From Vicinamibacteria bacterium (GTDB lineage Bacteria > Acidobacteriota > Vicinamibacteria > Marinacidobacterales > Marinacidobacteraceae): DNA of 64,000 bases. The position numbers and the translations under genes are program-made. Shown here piece by piece: positions 29,155 to 40,165 of the stretch (positions are counted from its first letter, which is position 1; each line of letters starts with the position of its first letter). Under the pieces are notes generated by a model that ran no database searches, had not been told where the DNA came from, and saw only the letters and a list, made by a program, of their open reading frames with translations. The stretch covers positions 384,001 through 448,000 of the forward strand of contig OZ219815.1 in NCBI GenBank assembly GCA_964291235.2. The letters run 5' to 3'.

Positions 29155-32078
29155 CGGCTCGTCTCCACTCCCCGGGAACCGGCAGCCTTCGGCACGGCCA
29201 CGGGCGGCGGCCGGGGGACCGGACGTTCGGACGAGGAATCCGCCGCCGGGAATCGGATCAGGAAGCGGGTTCCGCTGCTGACGTCACTCTCGACCTCCAT
29301 GACGCCGCCGTGTTCCTGGACGATGCCGTAGCTGATCGAGAGGCCGAGGCCGTTCCCGCCGCTCTTCTTCCTGGTCGAAAAGAACGGATCGTAGATCCGC
29401 CGGATGTCTTCGGGGGCGATGCCTTCTCCGGTGTCGGCCACCTCGGCGATCACCTGCCCTCCCTCGCTCCGGGTGGTGATCGTCAGCCAACCCCCTGCCG
29501 GCATGGCGTCGAAAGCGTTCACCGCCAGGTTCACAAAGACCTGTTGCAGCTTGTTTGCGTCCCCGCGTAGCGGTGGGAGCGCCGCGTCCAGTTCCTTGCG
29601 GATGCGGATGTGTGAACTCTTCAACTGATGGTCCAGGAGTGATAGCACGTCGGCGAGGACGCGGTTCAGGTTCACGATCTGAAAATCGGTTTGCCCGTGC
29701 CGCGCGAAGTTGAGCAGGCCGTTGACGATCTTGGAGGCGCGCTCCGTCTGCTTTTCGATCTTGCTCAGCAGCGGGCGGCGCGGGTCGCTCTGTGCGGTCT
29801 GGTCCTGAAGCATCTGGGTGAAGCTGGAGATGCCGGTCAGGGGCGTGTTCACCTCGTGCGCGACGCCGGCGGCCAGGACGCCGAGGGAACTCATCTTTTC
29901 CCGCAGTTGCATTTCGTTCTCCATGCCGACCCGCTCCGTGACGTCCTCGAAGATGAGGAGCGCGCCGTGGCGCTGCCCGCCTCCCGACATGAACGGCGCC
30001 GCCTTCACGTTCACCACCCGGTCCCGGCCGTCGGCATTCTTCAGGTTGAGGCGCGAAATCCCGCCGCCGTCACTCCGGGACAGCCAGCCCTCCCCGAGCC
30101 CGGCGTCGAGCGCCTGCCGGAGACTCCTCGGAAAGACCGCCGCGTAGGAGGAGTGCGCCACCTCGTGGCGGCTGCGCCCGTAGAGGACCTCCATGGACCG
30201 GTTCCAACGGATGACACGGCCCTTGAGATCGAGCACCACCACGCCGGCGGCGAGCGATTCGATGGTGTCTTCGCTTTGCTCCCGGAGGGCGACCACCTCT
30301 TCGTGCTTGGCCTGGAGCGAGCTGTAGAGGCGGGCATTCACGAGCGCGGTGGCCGCCTGCGCCGACACCGTGCGGAGTAGATCCAGGTCCTCCGAGGACA
30401 GGTCCTCGCCGTCCACGGTGACCCCCAGCAAGAAGGCGCCCACGACTTCGCCCCGCGCGAAACAGGGAACGGCGTTCAGGACCCACACCCCCTCGCGAAC
30501 CGGAGCCGGCATCTGGCTGGTGCGCGCGATGGCGCCGGCGCTCAGGCGCTTTCGGACCGAGGCGGAGGCGATGAAGCGCTCGGCTTCCGCGATTTCCGCC
30601 TCGTCGAGACCGTGCGCGGCCATCACCTTCAATTCGGGAACGGCCGTGTCGTGGACGGCGGTGAGCAGCGCTACCCGCTGCATCCGGAAGGTTTCCGAAA
30701 CGCGCTCCACCAACCGGTTCGCCAGCGGCACCAGGTCGAGCTGGGAATTCATCTCGCCGGCCAGCCGGGCCAGGGCCCGCCGGAAGTCGTAGTGCTCGCG
30801 ATAGAAGAGGCGATCGATGAGGCGCTCGGTCCGGGTCCGGAACGCGGGGACCGCAAGGGCCGCGACGATGGCCGAGAGGACAGCGATGATCAGCGAGTGT
30901 TCGTCGCCGCCGAGCCAGGCGGTGCCGAGGAAGAAGGCCGCCAGGAAGATCGCGGCGATGCCCACCATCAGCGAGGCGAGCAGGATGCCCCGCTTGAAGA
31001 GGACCTCCACGTCCATCAGCCGGTACTTGACGATGGCGTAGGCGAAAGACAGCGGGACCAGGACCACCGGGACGAGCGACAGCTCCATTTCCGGGGTGGC
31101 GGGAAAACCGCTCAGGTAAGGAACCGCATAGATCAGCGCGAACGGCAGCATGCCCGCCCCGGTGCCCCAGACGATCCATTTGAGCTGCTTGGAAACCGTG
31201 ACGCTCTCGGCGTTGCGATAGGCGTCCACGAAGGCGGCGAACGCCGCGAGGGAATACAGCGCCCAAAGCACCGGCTCGAGCCGGTCCACGACAAACTCGC
31301 TGCCGGTGATTACCCCGCCCCCCGGACTGAACGGGGAGAAATAGAGGATGCGGGAGCCGACCGAAAGCCCCAGCAGGGCGAAGGACGGCCCGTAGATCCC
31401 CTGGAGCAGCCGGGGCCATTTCTCGACGAACCGGCTGCGGCCCGGGAAGGTGAGGGCGAAGTGGAGGAAGACCGGCGGAAAGAACAGCACCCCGATCCGG
31501 TCCAGCCAGAAGTAGAGGTGATCGAAGAAATCCAGCTCGCCGGTGAACGAGAAAGAGAAGGCGAGCAGCCAGAGCAGGCAGAGCCCGTAGAAATGGGCCG
31601 AGGCGGAGGCGCCGCGGCGGAACGCGTACACGAAAGTTCCCACGCCGCCGGCGAAGAAGCCGACCACCGCCAGGAACAGGTAGAGGGAGATATTTCCGGT
31701 GGGCAGCGGCACCACGGAGAGCGTCATGCCGCGGCGTTCGCCCTCCCGGATGAGCACGTAGCGCAGTTGCGAGCCCGGCGAAGCGTCGTCAAGCACCGTG
31801 TCCACGTCAAGCGCGCTGTCCACTTCGACCGTGGTTCCGCTGCCCCGGTCCGTGATGACCTGGAGTGCGTCGCCTACTTCGATGCCGGCCTGGTCGCCCG
31901 CTCCCCCTTCTTCCACGCGCATGGCGACGACGCGGCCGAGTTCGTCGCCCCACAGGACGCCGTCGTCCATGACCCCGGACACCACCTGGCGCGCCACGTT
32001 GGTCGCCGCCAGGGCGAGCAGCAACGTGGTGGCCGCTACGGCGAGCGTGGAGCGGGTGACGCCGCGAAGGAGATGCAT
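29151..32078 (-). CDS. Membrane sensor histidine kinase (PDZ-like, multi-TM, GAF, PAS, HisKA/HATPase)
   Basis: GVAHEVNTPL, QVFVNLAVNA, DTGEG, DPFFST and GLGL boxes. Confidence 0.93.
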   Translation of the reverse strand: MHLLRGVTRSTLAVAATTLLLALAATNVARQVVSGVMDDGVLWGDELGRVVAMRVEEGGAGDQAGIEVGDALQVITDRGSGTTVEVDSALDVDTVLDDASPGSQLRYVLIREGERRGMTLSVVPLPTGNISLYLFLAVVGFFAGGVGTFVYAFRRGASASAHFYGLCLLWLLAFSFSFTGELDFFDHLYFWLDRIGVLFFPPVFLHFALTFPGRSRFVEKWPRLLQGIYGPSFALLGLSVGSRILYFSPFSPGGGVITGSEFVVDRLEPVLWALYSLAAFAAFVDAYRNAESVTVSKQLKWIVWGTGAGMLPFALIYAVPYLSGFPATPEMELSLVPVVLVPLSFAYAIVKYRLMDVEVLFKRGILLASLMVGIAAIFLAAFFLGTAWLGGDEHSLIIAVLSAIVAALAVPAFRTRTERLIDRLFYREHYDFRRALARLAGEMNSQLDLVPLANRLVERVSETFRMQRVALLTAVHDTAVPELKVMAAHGLDEAEIAEAERFIASASVRKRLSAGAIARTSQMPAPVREGVWVLNAVPCFARGEVVGAFLLGVTVDGEDLSSEDLDLLRTVSAQAATALVNARLYSSLQAKHEEVVALREQSEDTIESLAAGVVVLDLKGRVIRWNRSMEVLYGRSRHEVAHSSYAAVFPRSLRQALDAGLGEGWLSRSDGGGISRLNLKNADGRDRVVNVKAAPFMSGGGQRHGALLIFEDVTERVGMENEMQLREKMSSLGVLAAGVAHEVNTPLTGISSFTQMLQDQTAQSDPRRPLLSKIEKQTERASKIVNGLLNFARHGQTDFQIVNLNRVLADVLSLLDHQLKSSHIRIRKELDAALPPLRGDANKLQQVFVNLAVNAFDAMPAGGWLTITTRSEGGQVIAEVADTGEGIAPEDIRRIYDPFFSTRKKSGGNGLGLSISYGIVQEHGGVMEVESDVSSGTRFLIRFPAADSSSERPVPRPPPVAVPKAAGSRGVETSR

Positions 32079-32183
32079 GCCTTCAACCGCCGGCGGGGGC
32101 AAGCCCCACCGGAACTAGCCATCTTATCCAATCTAACGAATCCACGTCGGACGATTCAATGAATTGGATAGTCGGGAGCGCAG

Positions 32184-32245
32184 GGAGCGCCGGCCTCTGG
32201 CCGGCATCGCGGCCGCAGGCCGCGAAACTCCCGAACCTGTTCGTC
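32184..32245 (+). repeat. REP-like element (type 1)
   Basis: ggagcgccggcctctggccggcat followed by a second hairpin and gaaactcccgaacctgttcg. Confidence 0.75.
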
Positions 32246-32341
32246 CCGGATGACGCCGCACCCCAGCGGCATGGCGCAATGCCCCGCAGCACCGGGTTCC
32301 AGGTCCGGAGACGCCCTACCGGGTTCCCCGGGCGGCGTTCC

Positions 32342-34240
32342 TCAGAAGCGAACGGCGAGACCGCCGACGATGCGCCGGGGCGCGTGGGCCACCGCGATCT
32401 CGTCCAGCAGGGAACGTCCCAGCATCTCCCGGAAAAAGAGATCCCGAACGGCGAGAGAAAGCTCCCACTCGGTCCCGCTCCAGTCGGCGAACGGAATGAG
32501 CTGGACCAACTCCACATCGAATCGGGCCGTGTGCTCATCGGCGGCGGACAGCGCTGGATGGGTCGGCGCGAGACCCGGATGCCGGATCACGCGATATGCC
32601 GCATTGATACGGGTCCCCGAAGGCCGCAGCCGCGCCACCACCTCGGCCGAAAGATCCTGGAGGACGGCGCGCTCCCCAACCGGGAGCAGGAGGCGGGCGG
32701 CATTCGCGAGGCCGGGGCCGCCGGAGCCGACGAAACCAATCGGATCCGCGGGCGTGGCGAGCGATTCCTCACCGCCCGGATTCTGGACAACCGCCACCAG
32801 CCACGACACGCGGCCGCCGAGATCAAGCCGCCGGCTGACCTGTCCCAACTCCCGAATCCAATCGAACGCGAACCCCGTCGAGGAGTAGTCGCCGGCATTC
32901 GTGACGTCGAAGCGCCCTCCGGACACGGGTCCGGATTCGAACGTCCGCACGAGCTGGTCGGTGGTCAACTCCCGGAACAGGCGGGCCGCCAAGACGTGGT
33001 TCGGCGACGCCTCGAACTGGACGCCGGCCTGATACCGGGTGTTCCGCTGGGCCGCCTCCGAACCGAACCAGGAAGGATCGAGCGCGAGCAGGTCTCCATG
33101 CGCCACCCGGGACAGAAGAGCCGAGTCCTCTCCGATCGGGCCGTCCACCCGGACCGCCATTCCACCCATCAGCGTCCAGTTGTCGCCCGCCCTGACCTCG
33201 AGGACCGCTCGGGGCGCGAGACCCCGGTGTCCGGTCAGGTAGGAGAACCGGCGGTAGGTCAGGCCGGTGCTCAGACTGGCGCGCCCGAGGGTGAATTCAT
33301 CAGCGACGAACGCCGCGCCGTCCCACTCGGCCTGTGGTTCCTGGAGCAGCGCCAGGTTCAGGATCGGCGCCGCCGGCGGCCGGTAATCCGGCGCATCGCC
33401 GTAAACGTGGCGCTGGTAGGCGATCCCGGCAGCGAACTCGTGGCCGTCGAATTCCTCCATCGTGTAGGAGAGGTTGGCGGCCCAGGAAGCGAAAGCCGAT
33501 TCCATCAGCCGGGCCTCGGCTTCCCAGTTTCCGCGCGCCGTGGAGGGCAGTTCGAAACGGGTGTAGGCAATACCCGAATCCGCGGCCCGGCTCTCGGGAA
33601 GCCCAAGCGAACTACCCGATGCCGCGAAGAAGCCGAACTCCCCTTCCAGCGAAGCGAGCGCCGGGAAGCGGGATCCGCTGTTCCACGGGCCTTCCCAGGT
33701 GTTGTCGAAATCGAGCCCGGCGCGCCGATCCTTCAGGACGTTCCGCCGGCCGCGCTGGAGCAGCCAGCGAAGCTCCGACAGCGTGCCGGAACCCTGTTCC
33801 GATCCGATGGCCGCCATCTGGATCAGGAGGGTGTCCGCGAGGGAGGCCCCGCTCCGAACGAGCACCTGCGCCCGCGGCGAGGGGAGGAACCCAGCGAGAT
33901 ACGCCCGGAGGCTGTAGAGGCCGGGCGAGGCTTCGCCGACTTCGAAACGGCCCTCTTCGTCGGTCACCGCGAACCGTGCCGCGCCGTCGTCGCTTTCCGT
34001 GGCGAACACCGAAACCAGGGCTCCCGGCAGCGGGTTTCCGTCCTCGCTGGCCACCACCCCGGAAATCTGGGACAGGACCACAACTCCCGCAGCGGCCGTA
34101 GCCGCCTCGTTCGCCTCCCAGCCGCCGGGAGGTTCCCACGGGACGCTGAGGGCTGCGAAGGCCGGACTGACCGCCAGGAGCCCCGGGAGCGCAAGGCACA
34201 GGATCCGGCGCCTATTCCCGCCGATAATCCGGGGATTCAT
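32342..34240 (-). CDS. Carboxypeptidase-regulatory-like domain outer-membrane protein
   Basis: Signal peptide, ISGVVASEDGNPLPGALV, beta-rich body, C-terminal RRIVGGLAVRF. Confidence 0.7.
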   Translation of the reverse strand: MNPRIIGGNRRRILCLALPGLLAVSPAFAALSVPWEPPGGWEANEAATAAAGVVVLSQISGVVASEDGNPLPGALVSVFATESDDGAARFAVTDEEGRFEVGEASPGLYSLRAYLAGFLPSPRAQVLVRSGASLADTLLIQMAAIGSEQGSGTLSELRWLLQRGRRNVLKDRRAGLDFDNTWEGPWNSGSRFPALASLEGEFGFFAASGSSLGLPESRAADSGIAYTRFELPSTARGNWEAEARLMESAFASWAANLSYTMEEFDGHEFAAGIAYQRHVYGDAPDYRPPAAPILNLALLQEPQAEWDGAAFVADEFTLGRASLSTGLTYRRFSYLTGHRGLAPRAVLEVRAGDNWTLMGGMAVRVDGPIGEDSALLSRVAHGDLLALDPSWFGSEAAQRNTRYQAGVQFEASPNHVLAARLFRELTTDQLVRTFESGPVSGGRFDVTNAGDYSSTGFAFDWIRELGQVSRRLDLGGRVSWLVAVVQNPGGEESLATPADPIGFVGSGGPGLANAARLLLPVGERAVLQDLSAEVVARLRPSGTRINAAYRVIRHPGLAPTHPALSAADEHTARFDVELVQLIPFADWSGTEWELSLAVRDLFFREMLGRSLLDEIAVAHAPRRIVGGLAVRF

Positions 34241-34467
34241 ATGCAGGTAGTCAAGCGCGCCAGCCCCCTGTTGTCAAACGCCACGCGAATCTCCGAAGGG
34301 TCGCGAACGGCCCGCCTCCAGACTGCTATGTTTCGTAGCGTCATGAAGTTGCCCGCCAGGCACCGCTTCCGTCGCGTCAGAACAGCCTTGGCCGTCCCCG
34401 CGATTGCGCCGCTCGCGCTCCTGGCGAACTCCCAGCGGGAGCGCCGGCGCGGCGTGGACGACGATTC

Positions 34468-35769
34468 ATGACCCGGCGGATGGACGAGAGCGACACCTGG
34501 ATCGACCGGATCACAGCCCGCGAGATCCTTGATTCGCGGGGAAACCCGACCGTGGAAGCCGAGGTTTGGCTCGTCGGAGGCGCCCGGGGACGCGCGGCGG
34601 TGCCGTCGGGGGCCTCCACCGGCCGGCACGAAGCGGTCGAGCGGCGCGACCGGGATGAAGACCGCTACCGGGGCCGCGGCGTGCTGGGAGCAATCGCCGC
34701 CATCGAGGAACAGATCGGCCCCGAACTCGCCGGCGAGGACGCCGCCGACCAGGGAACCGTGGACCGGCTGATGATCGAACTCGACGGGTCGGAAGATCGG
34801 TCGCGGCTGGGAGCGAACGCGATTCTGGCCGTCTCGCTCGCCAGCGCCCGGGCGGCCGCCGGGGCCGCGGGACTGCCGCTCTACCGCTCGCTCGGCGGCG
34901 CCATCGCGGACACCCTCCCGGTTCCCTACTTCAACGTGCTGAACGGCGGCGCCCATGCCGACAACGCCCTGCTGGTTCAGGAATTCATGGTGGCGCCGCT
35001 CGGGTTCTCCTCTTTCGCGGATGCGCTGCAGGCGGGAGTCGCCGTGTACCACGAGTTGCGCGACGTGCTCGCCAAGCGCGGTCACTCGACGGCGGTCGGT
35101 GACGAAGGGGGTTTCGCCCCCGCCCTCTCCGACGGGGGGGAGGCGCTGGAGTTGCTGGTGGAGGGGATCGAAGGCGCCGGTTTCGTGCCCGGCGAGCAGA
35201 TGGCGCTCGCCCTCGACGTGGCCGCGAACGAGTTCGGGGACCAGGACGGCTATCGCTTTCCCTCGGATGTGCAGCCGCGTCCGGCCTCCGCGATGATCGA
35301 GATCTACGCGGCGTGGCTCGAACGGTTTCCGGCGCTGCTCTCCATCGAGGACGGGCTGGCCGAAGACGATTGGGAAGGCTGGGCCGCGCTGACCGCGGCG
35401 CTGGGCGACCGCGTCCAACTGGTGGGCGATGACCTCTTCGTCACCCAGGAAGACCGCCTGCAGCGGGGTATCGCCGAAGGTGCGGCGAACGCCATCCTGA
35501 TCAAGCCCAATCAGGTCGGCACCCTGACGGAGACGGTCCAGGTCGTCCAGAGCGCGCTGCGGGCGGGCTTCGGGGCGATGTTGAGCCACCGATCGGGCGA
35601 AACCGCCGACACCGCCATTTCCCACCTGGTCGTCGCGACCGGCGCCGGGCAGATCAAGGCCGGGGCGCCGTGCCGCGGCGAACGGGTCGCCAAGTACAAC
35701 GAACTCCTCCGCATCGAGGAGGAACTCGAGGAGCGCGGACGCCTCTGGCCGCATCCCGCCGCGCGCTGA
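34468..35769 (+). CDS. eno: Enolase
   Basis: [33 protein letters not shown] and [14 protein letters not shown]. Confidence 0.97.
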   Translation: MTRRMDESDTWIDRITAREILDSRGNPTVEAEVWLVGGARGRAAVPSGASTGRHEAVERRDRDEDRYRGRGVLGAIAAIEEQIGPELAGEDAADQGTVDRLMIELDGSEDRSRLGANAILAVSLASARAAAGAAGLPLYRSLGGAIADTLPVPYFNVLNGGAHADNALLVQEFMVAPLGFSSFADALQAGVAVYHELRDVLAKRGHSTAVGDEGGFAPALSDGGEALELLVEGIEGAGFVPGEQMALALDVAANEFGDQDGYRFPSDVQPRPASAMIEIYAAWLERFPALLSIEDGLAEDDWEGWAALTAALGDRVQLVGDDLFVTQEDRLQRGIAEGAANAILIKPNQVGTLTETVQVVQSALRAGFGAMLSHRSGETADTAISHLVVATGAGQIKAGAPCRGERVAKYNELLRIEEELEERGRLWPHPAAR

Positions 35770-35781
35770 GGCGAGCCGCGA

Positions 35782-36381
35782 GTGGACCAGCCCTTCCGGA
35801 TCCGGCAGTACCCGCTGGAGACCGGCGCGCTCGAAATCCAGTTCATCGAGGAGTTCTTCGGGGAGTTCGACCGCAAGAAGACCGCCGTGCAGATCCGCGA
35901 GCGCCTGGCGGGCCGGGAACACGGCATCTTCATCGTGGAGGCGAACCTCCCCGAAGAGCCGGCCAGGTTCGCCCCGGTCTCCTACCGGGTCGCTCACGAG
36001 ATCCGGACCGAAGAGACGGACCCGGAACTGGTGGATCTGGTGGCCCGGCTTCAGGGCGCCGTGCGCTTTTCGGGACAGCGGGTTCTCTACGCCTGGCTGG
36101 GGGGGACCCGAAGCGACTGGCGCGGCCAGGGGCATTTCCGCGCCCTTGACGAGTTCCAGGAAGAGTGGGCCATCGAAAAGGGTTTTCGGGAAATCGTGGT
36201 CAAGACCAAGAACCGCTACTACGAGATGCGCAGCACCCTCACCCACCTGCATTTCGACGTCGTGAAGTACGAGCCGCACCCCATCCATAACGGCGACTCG
36301 AAGGTCTATCTGTCGAAGCGCCTGGGAGGCAGCACCCGGCGCTCGCGCACCGCGTCCCTGGCGCGCTATCTCGGGGTCTGA
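35782..36381 (+). CDS. GNAT-family N-acetyltransferase
   Basis: YAWLGGTRSDWRGQG motif A; VKTKNRYYEM. Confidence 0.7.
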   Translation: MDQPFRIRQYPLETGALEIQFIEEFFGEFDRKKTAVQIRERLAGREHGIFIVEANLPEEPARFAPVSYRVAHEIRTEETDPELVDLVARLQGAVRFSGQRVLYAWLGGTRSDWRGQGHFRALDEFQEEWAIEKGFREIVVKTKNRYYEMRSTLTHLHFDVVKYEPHPIHNGDSKVYLSKRLGGSTRRSRTASLARYLGV

Positions 36382-36511
36382 ACCCACCGCCGGCCCGCTC
36401 TCCCGAAAAAACCCGCGGCCGGCATCGCCCGAAGACCCGCGTAGCGCGGGGCGCCGCTCTTCCGCCGGCGCACGCCGGCCGGCCCCGGCTGCTATCTTCG
36501 CCGTCCGTTAG

Positions 36512-38587
36512 ATGCGGGAGGATTCGGGTATGTCCAAAAGAAACAAGTGCATCGTCGTCGTCTTCGGGTGCTTGCTGCTGATCGCGCTGTCAGTTCCGGC
36601 GGCCGCCGAGGTGGTCCGGTTCGAGATCCGCGAGCGGGCGGATGTGCTCGGGGGCAAGAGCTTCGGGCTGGCCGGGCCCTACGAGCAGATCATCGGGGTC
36701 GTCCATTTCGCATTCGATCCCGAAAACGACGCCAACCAGATCATCACCGACATCGGCCTCGCACCGCGGAACGCGGACGGCAAGGTGGAGATGTCCGCCG
36801 ACTTCCACCTGGTCCGCCCCAAGGTGATGGGAAAGAGCCGCGGAACGCTGCTCCACGAGGTGAACAACCGCGGCCGGAAGGGCATGCTCAGCTACTTCAA
36901 CATGGCGTCGGGGAGCCTCGCGCCGGCGACCGAAGCGCACTTCGGCGACGGATTCCTGATGCGGCACGGGTTCACCCTGCTCTGGCTCGGCTGGCAGTGG
37001 GATGTCCCGGACGACGATCCGCTCCGCATGCGCATGCACCCGCCGATCGCCACCAATCCGGACGGCTCCGCCATCGACGGCTTGGTGCGAGCTGACTTCG
37101 TGGTCCGGAGCGCTACCGACCACCACACGCTTGCCGACCGCAACCACCGGCCCTACCGGGTGAAGGATCCGGAGGACGCCGTGAACGTCCTGACGGTTCG
37201 CCGCCGGGTGGAAGACGAGCGGGAGGTCATTCCCCGTGACCAATGGGGCTTTGGCCGGGTGGAAAACGGTTCCGTGGTGCCCGATGACGGCGCGGTGCAC
37301 CTCGAGGGCGGCTTCCAGCCGCACCGGATCTACGAGGTCGTCTATCGCTCGCACAACCCGCCGCTCGTGGGCCTCGGCCCCGCCGGCATCCGGGACTTCA
37401 TCACCCTGCTCCGCCACGACGGGTCGGAGGAACTCGGGATCGCGAAGGGCGATATCACCAGCGCCCTCAGCTTCGGGATTTCACAGAGCGGCCGCTTCCT
37501 GCGGACCTTCTTGTACTACGGGTTCAATGGAGACGAGAAAGGACGCCGGGTGCTCGACGGCGTGATCTCCGACGTGGCCGGTGGCGGCCGGGGCAGCTTC
37601 AACCACCGCTTCGCCCAGGCATCGCGGGATGCCCACCCGTACATGAACCAGTTCCACCCGACGGACATCTTCCCCTTCACCGACGTGGAACAGACCGATC
37701 CGGAGACCGGGTTGACCGCGGGACTCCTCACCCGGCAGCGCGAAGCGTTCTACCCCCGGGTCTTCTACACGAACTCTTCCTACGAATACTGGGGTCGCGC
37801 GGCGAGCCTCGTTCACACCACCATCGACGCCAGCGAGGACGCCCGGATTCCGGGCCACGTGCGGGTCTATATGTATGCCGGCTCCCAGCATGGCCCCGCG
37901 GGCTTCCCGCCATCGGTCACCCTCGGGCAGCAGCGCGCGAATCCCAACAACTTCCGCTGGGGACAGCGGGCCCTGCTGCTCGCGATGGATCGCTGGACCA
38001 AGGGCGGCGAACCGCCGCCCGCAAGCCAGTACCCGAGCATCGAAGAAGGCACCGCGGTCGCCGCCGAGAACCTCGGATTCCCGGACATCCCCGGGGTGGA
38101 GTCCTCGGATCGGGTCCACTACGCCTACCGCGCCGACTACGGGCCGGAATTCGCGACCACCGGGGTGGTCACCCAGGAACCGCCGATCATCGGCAGCCGC
38201 TTCCCGATCCGGGTGTCCGCGGTGGATGAGGACGGCAACGAGATCTCCGGCATCCGCATGCCCGAGGTGGCCGTTCCCCTCGCCACCTACACCGGGTGGA
38301 ATCTCTTCAACGCCGAATCCGGGCCCCCGGACGAGCTCTCCAGCATGGTCGGCTCCTTCGTGCCGTTCGCGAAGACCGCCGCGGAAGCGCAGGCGGCCGG
38401 CGATCCGCGAAAGCCGCTCACCGACCGCTACGCCGGCCGCGAGGACTACCTCGGACGGTTCACCGAAGCGGCGCTCGAACTGATCGAAGCCGGGTATCTC
38501 CTCGGGGAGGACCTGCCGGCCCTCACCCGCCACGCTCTGGAACTCTGGGATCACGTCACCGGCGGCGAGGTGTCCGCCTCCCAGTAA
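36512..38587 (+). CDS. Secreted alpha/beta-hydrolase-domain protein
   Basis: Signal peptide; EVNNRG, WLGWQWD, GISQSGRFLR (GxSxxG), SYEYWGRAASL and DEDGNEISGIR. Confidence 0.8.
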   Translation: MREDSGMSKRNKCIVVVFGCLLLIALSVPAAAEVVRFEIRERADVLGGKSFGLAGPYEQIIGVVHFAFDPENDANQIITDIGLAPRNADGKVEMSADFHLVRPKVMGKSRGTLLHEVNNRGRKGMLSYFNMASGSLAPATEAHFGDGFLMRHGFTLLWLGWQWDVPDDDPLRMRMHPPIATNPDGSAIDGLVRADFVVRSATDHHTLADRNHRPYRVKDPEDAVNVLTVRRRVEDEREVIPRDQWGFGRVENGSVVPDDGAVHLEGGFQPHRIYEVVYRSHNPPLVGLGPAGIRDFITLLRHDGSEELGIAKGDITSALSFGISQSGRFLRTFLYYGFNGDEKGRRVLDGVISDVAGGGRGSFNHRFAQASRDAHPYMNQFHPTDIFPFTDVEQTDPETGLTAGLLTRQREAFYPRVFYTNSSYEYWGRAASLVHTTIDASEDARIPGHVRVYMYAGSQHGPAGFPPSVTLGQQRANPNNFRWGQRALLLAMDRWTKGGEPPPASQYPSIEEGTAVAAENLGFPDIPGVESSDRVHYAYRADYGPEFATTGVVTQEPPIIGSRFPIRVSAVDEDGNEISGIRMPEVAVPLATYTGWNLFNAESGPPDELSSMVGSFVPFAKTAAEAQAAGDPRKPLTDRYAGREDYLGRFTEAALELIEAGYLLGEDLPALTRHALELWDHVTGGEVSASQ

Positions 38588-38714
38588 CCAGGGCCCCGGC
38601 GCCCGACCCCCGGCACCCGAGCTTTGCCGCCGCGGATGCGCCCTCCGGGGGCCGGCCCGGGATCCGGGCGATGCGTAGAGCCGGACCCGGGCGAACCGTG
38701 GTTCAATCCGCAGG

Positions 38715-39692
38715 ATGCGACGCTCCACCGCCACGGTAGCCCTCGCGCTCGCCCTCGGCGCCGCGTGTTCTTCCGGCGACGACTCCGGCGCTACCGTCAT
38801 CCGGCTCGGGCACATCGGCTTTCCCGATTCGCCCTTCGACCACGGCGCCCGGCACTTCAAGGCGCTCGTGGAGGCCCGCTTCCCGGGCCAGGTCGAGATT
38901 CGGATCTTCGGCACCGGCCAGCTCGGCGAGGACAAGGAGATGCTGGAAGGGCTGCGCCTGGGGACGCTCGAGATGCACGTGCCGTCGTCGGTGCTCCACT
39001 CGGTGGCGCCCGAGTTCGGCATCTTCGATCTCCCCTTCCTCGTCGAGGATCGCGGCCACTTCCAGAGGATCGTGGCCAGCGACATCGGAAAGGACCTCGA
39101 AGAGCTGCTGCAGCGCGAACACGGCCTGACTCTGCTCGCCTATTGGGAAAACGGCTTCCGGGTCATCACGAACAACGTGCGCCCGGTCGTGACCCCGGCG
39201 GATCTCGAGGGCATCCGGCTTCGCACCCCCAAGGATCCGGAACGCGTGCGCCTCTTCGAAACCCTGGGCGCCAGTCCCGCCTCCATGAGCTTCGGCGAGG
39301 TCTTCTCGGCGCTCCGGCAGGGGGTGGTGGACGGCCAGGAGAACCCGCTCGCCCAGTTGACGGCGGCGCGGCTCCATGAAGTCCAGCGCTACCTTTCGGT
39401 CTCGAACCACGTGTACACCCCGGCCTACCCGGTGATGCGGACCGCCTGGTTCGAGTCGCTTCCCGAAGACCTGCAGGCCGGACTCCGGCAGGCGGCACTC
39501 GAGACCGGCGACTGGCTGAGGGAATTCCTGGCTTCGGAAGACACCCGCCTGCTCGCCAGCCTCGAAGGCCAGGTTGCCGTGAACGAGGTGGATCTGCCGG
39601 CGTTCGCCACCGCCGCGGCGCCGGTCTTCGAGCACTACGAGACCCGGTTCGGCACCGCGTGGATCAAGACGGCGCAGGAACTGGCACGCTGA
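38715..39692 (+). CDS. dctP: TRAP transporter substrate-binding lipoprotein
   Basis: GQLG, FDLPFL, WENGFR, DLEGIRLR and GVVDGQENP. Confidence 0.92.
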   Translation: MRRSTATVALALALGAACSSGDDSGATVIRLGHIGFPDSPFDHGARHFKALVEARFPGQVEIRIFGTGQLGEDKEMLEGLRLGTLEMHVPSSVLHSVAPEFGIFDLPFLVEDRGHFQRIVASDIGKDLEELLQREHGLTLLAYWENGFRVITNNVRPVVTPADLEGIRLRTPKDPERVRLFETLGASPASMSFGEVFSALRQGVVDGQENPLAQLTAARLHEVQRYLSVSNHVYTPAYPVMRTAWFESLPEDLQAGLRQAALETGDWLREFLASEDTRLLASLEGQVAVNEVDLPAFATAAAPVFEHYETRFGTAWIKTAQELAR

Positions 39693-40156
39693 CGACGCCA
39701 CCGGCGCGTCGGGACCCGCTGGCGGCGGTCTGTTCGCTGCTGCTCGGGGCGGTCGCGCTGCTCTGCCTCGTCGAGGTGACGCTCCGCTACGGATTCGGGG
39801 GTGGGCTCGGCTTCTACGACGAACTGGCGGGCTTCGCGCTCGTCTGGCTCACCTTCCTGGGCGCGGTGCTGGCGCGCCGGGACGGGGCCCACATCGGCAT
39901 CCGGGACCTGGTGAGCCGGCTCTCGCCTCGTCCGCGGCGGATTGCCCGGATCCTGGAACACACCACGGTCCTCGCCCTCCACCTGGTCCTCGGCTGGTTC
40001 GGGACGGTGCTGGTGCTTCGCTTCCTGGGCGAACGCTCGATCACCATGCCGATCCCGATGGGCGCCTTCTACCTGGTGCTGCCGCTCTTCGCGGTGCTCA
40101 CCGCGGCGATGGAAGCGCGGCGGCTGGCCGCGCTGTTCCGGCAGCGGGAGGACTGA
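39659..40156 (+). CDS. dctQ: TRAP transporter small permease
   Basis: Four TM segments; DELAGFALVWLTFLGA...HI. Confidence 0.85.
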   Translation: MDQDGAGTGTLTTPPARRDPLAAVCSLLLGAVALLCLVEVTLRYGFGGGLGFYDELAGFALVWLTFLGAVLARRDGAHIGIRDLVSRLSPRPRRIARILEHTTVLALHLVLGWFGTVLVLRFLGERSITMPIPMGAFYLVLPLFAVLTAAMEARRLAALFRQRED

Positions 40157-40165
40157 CGGCCCTCA

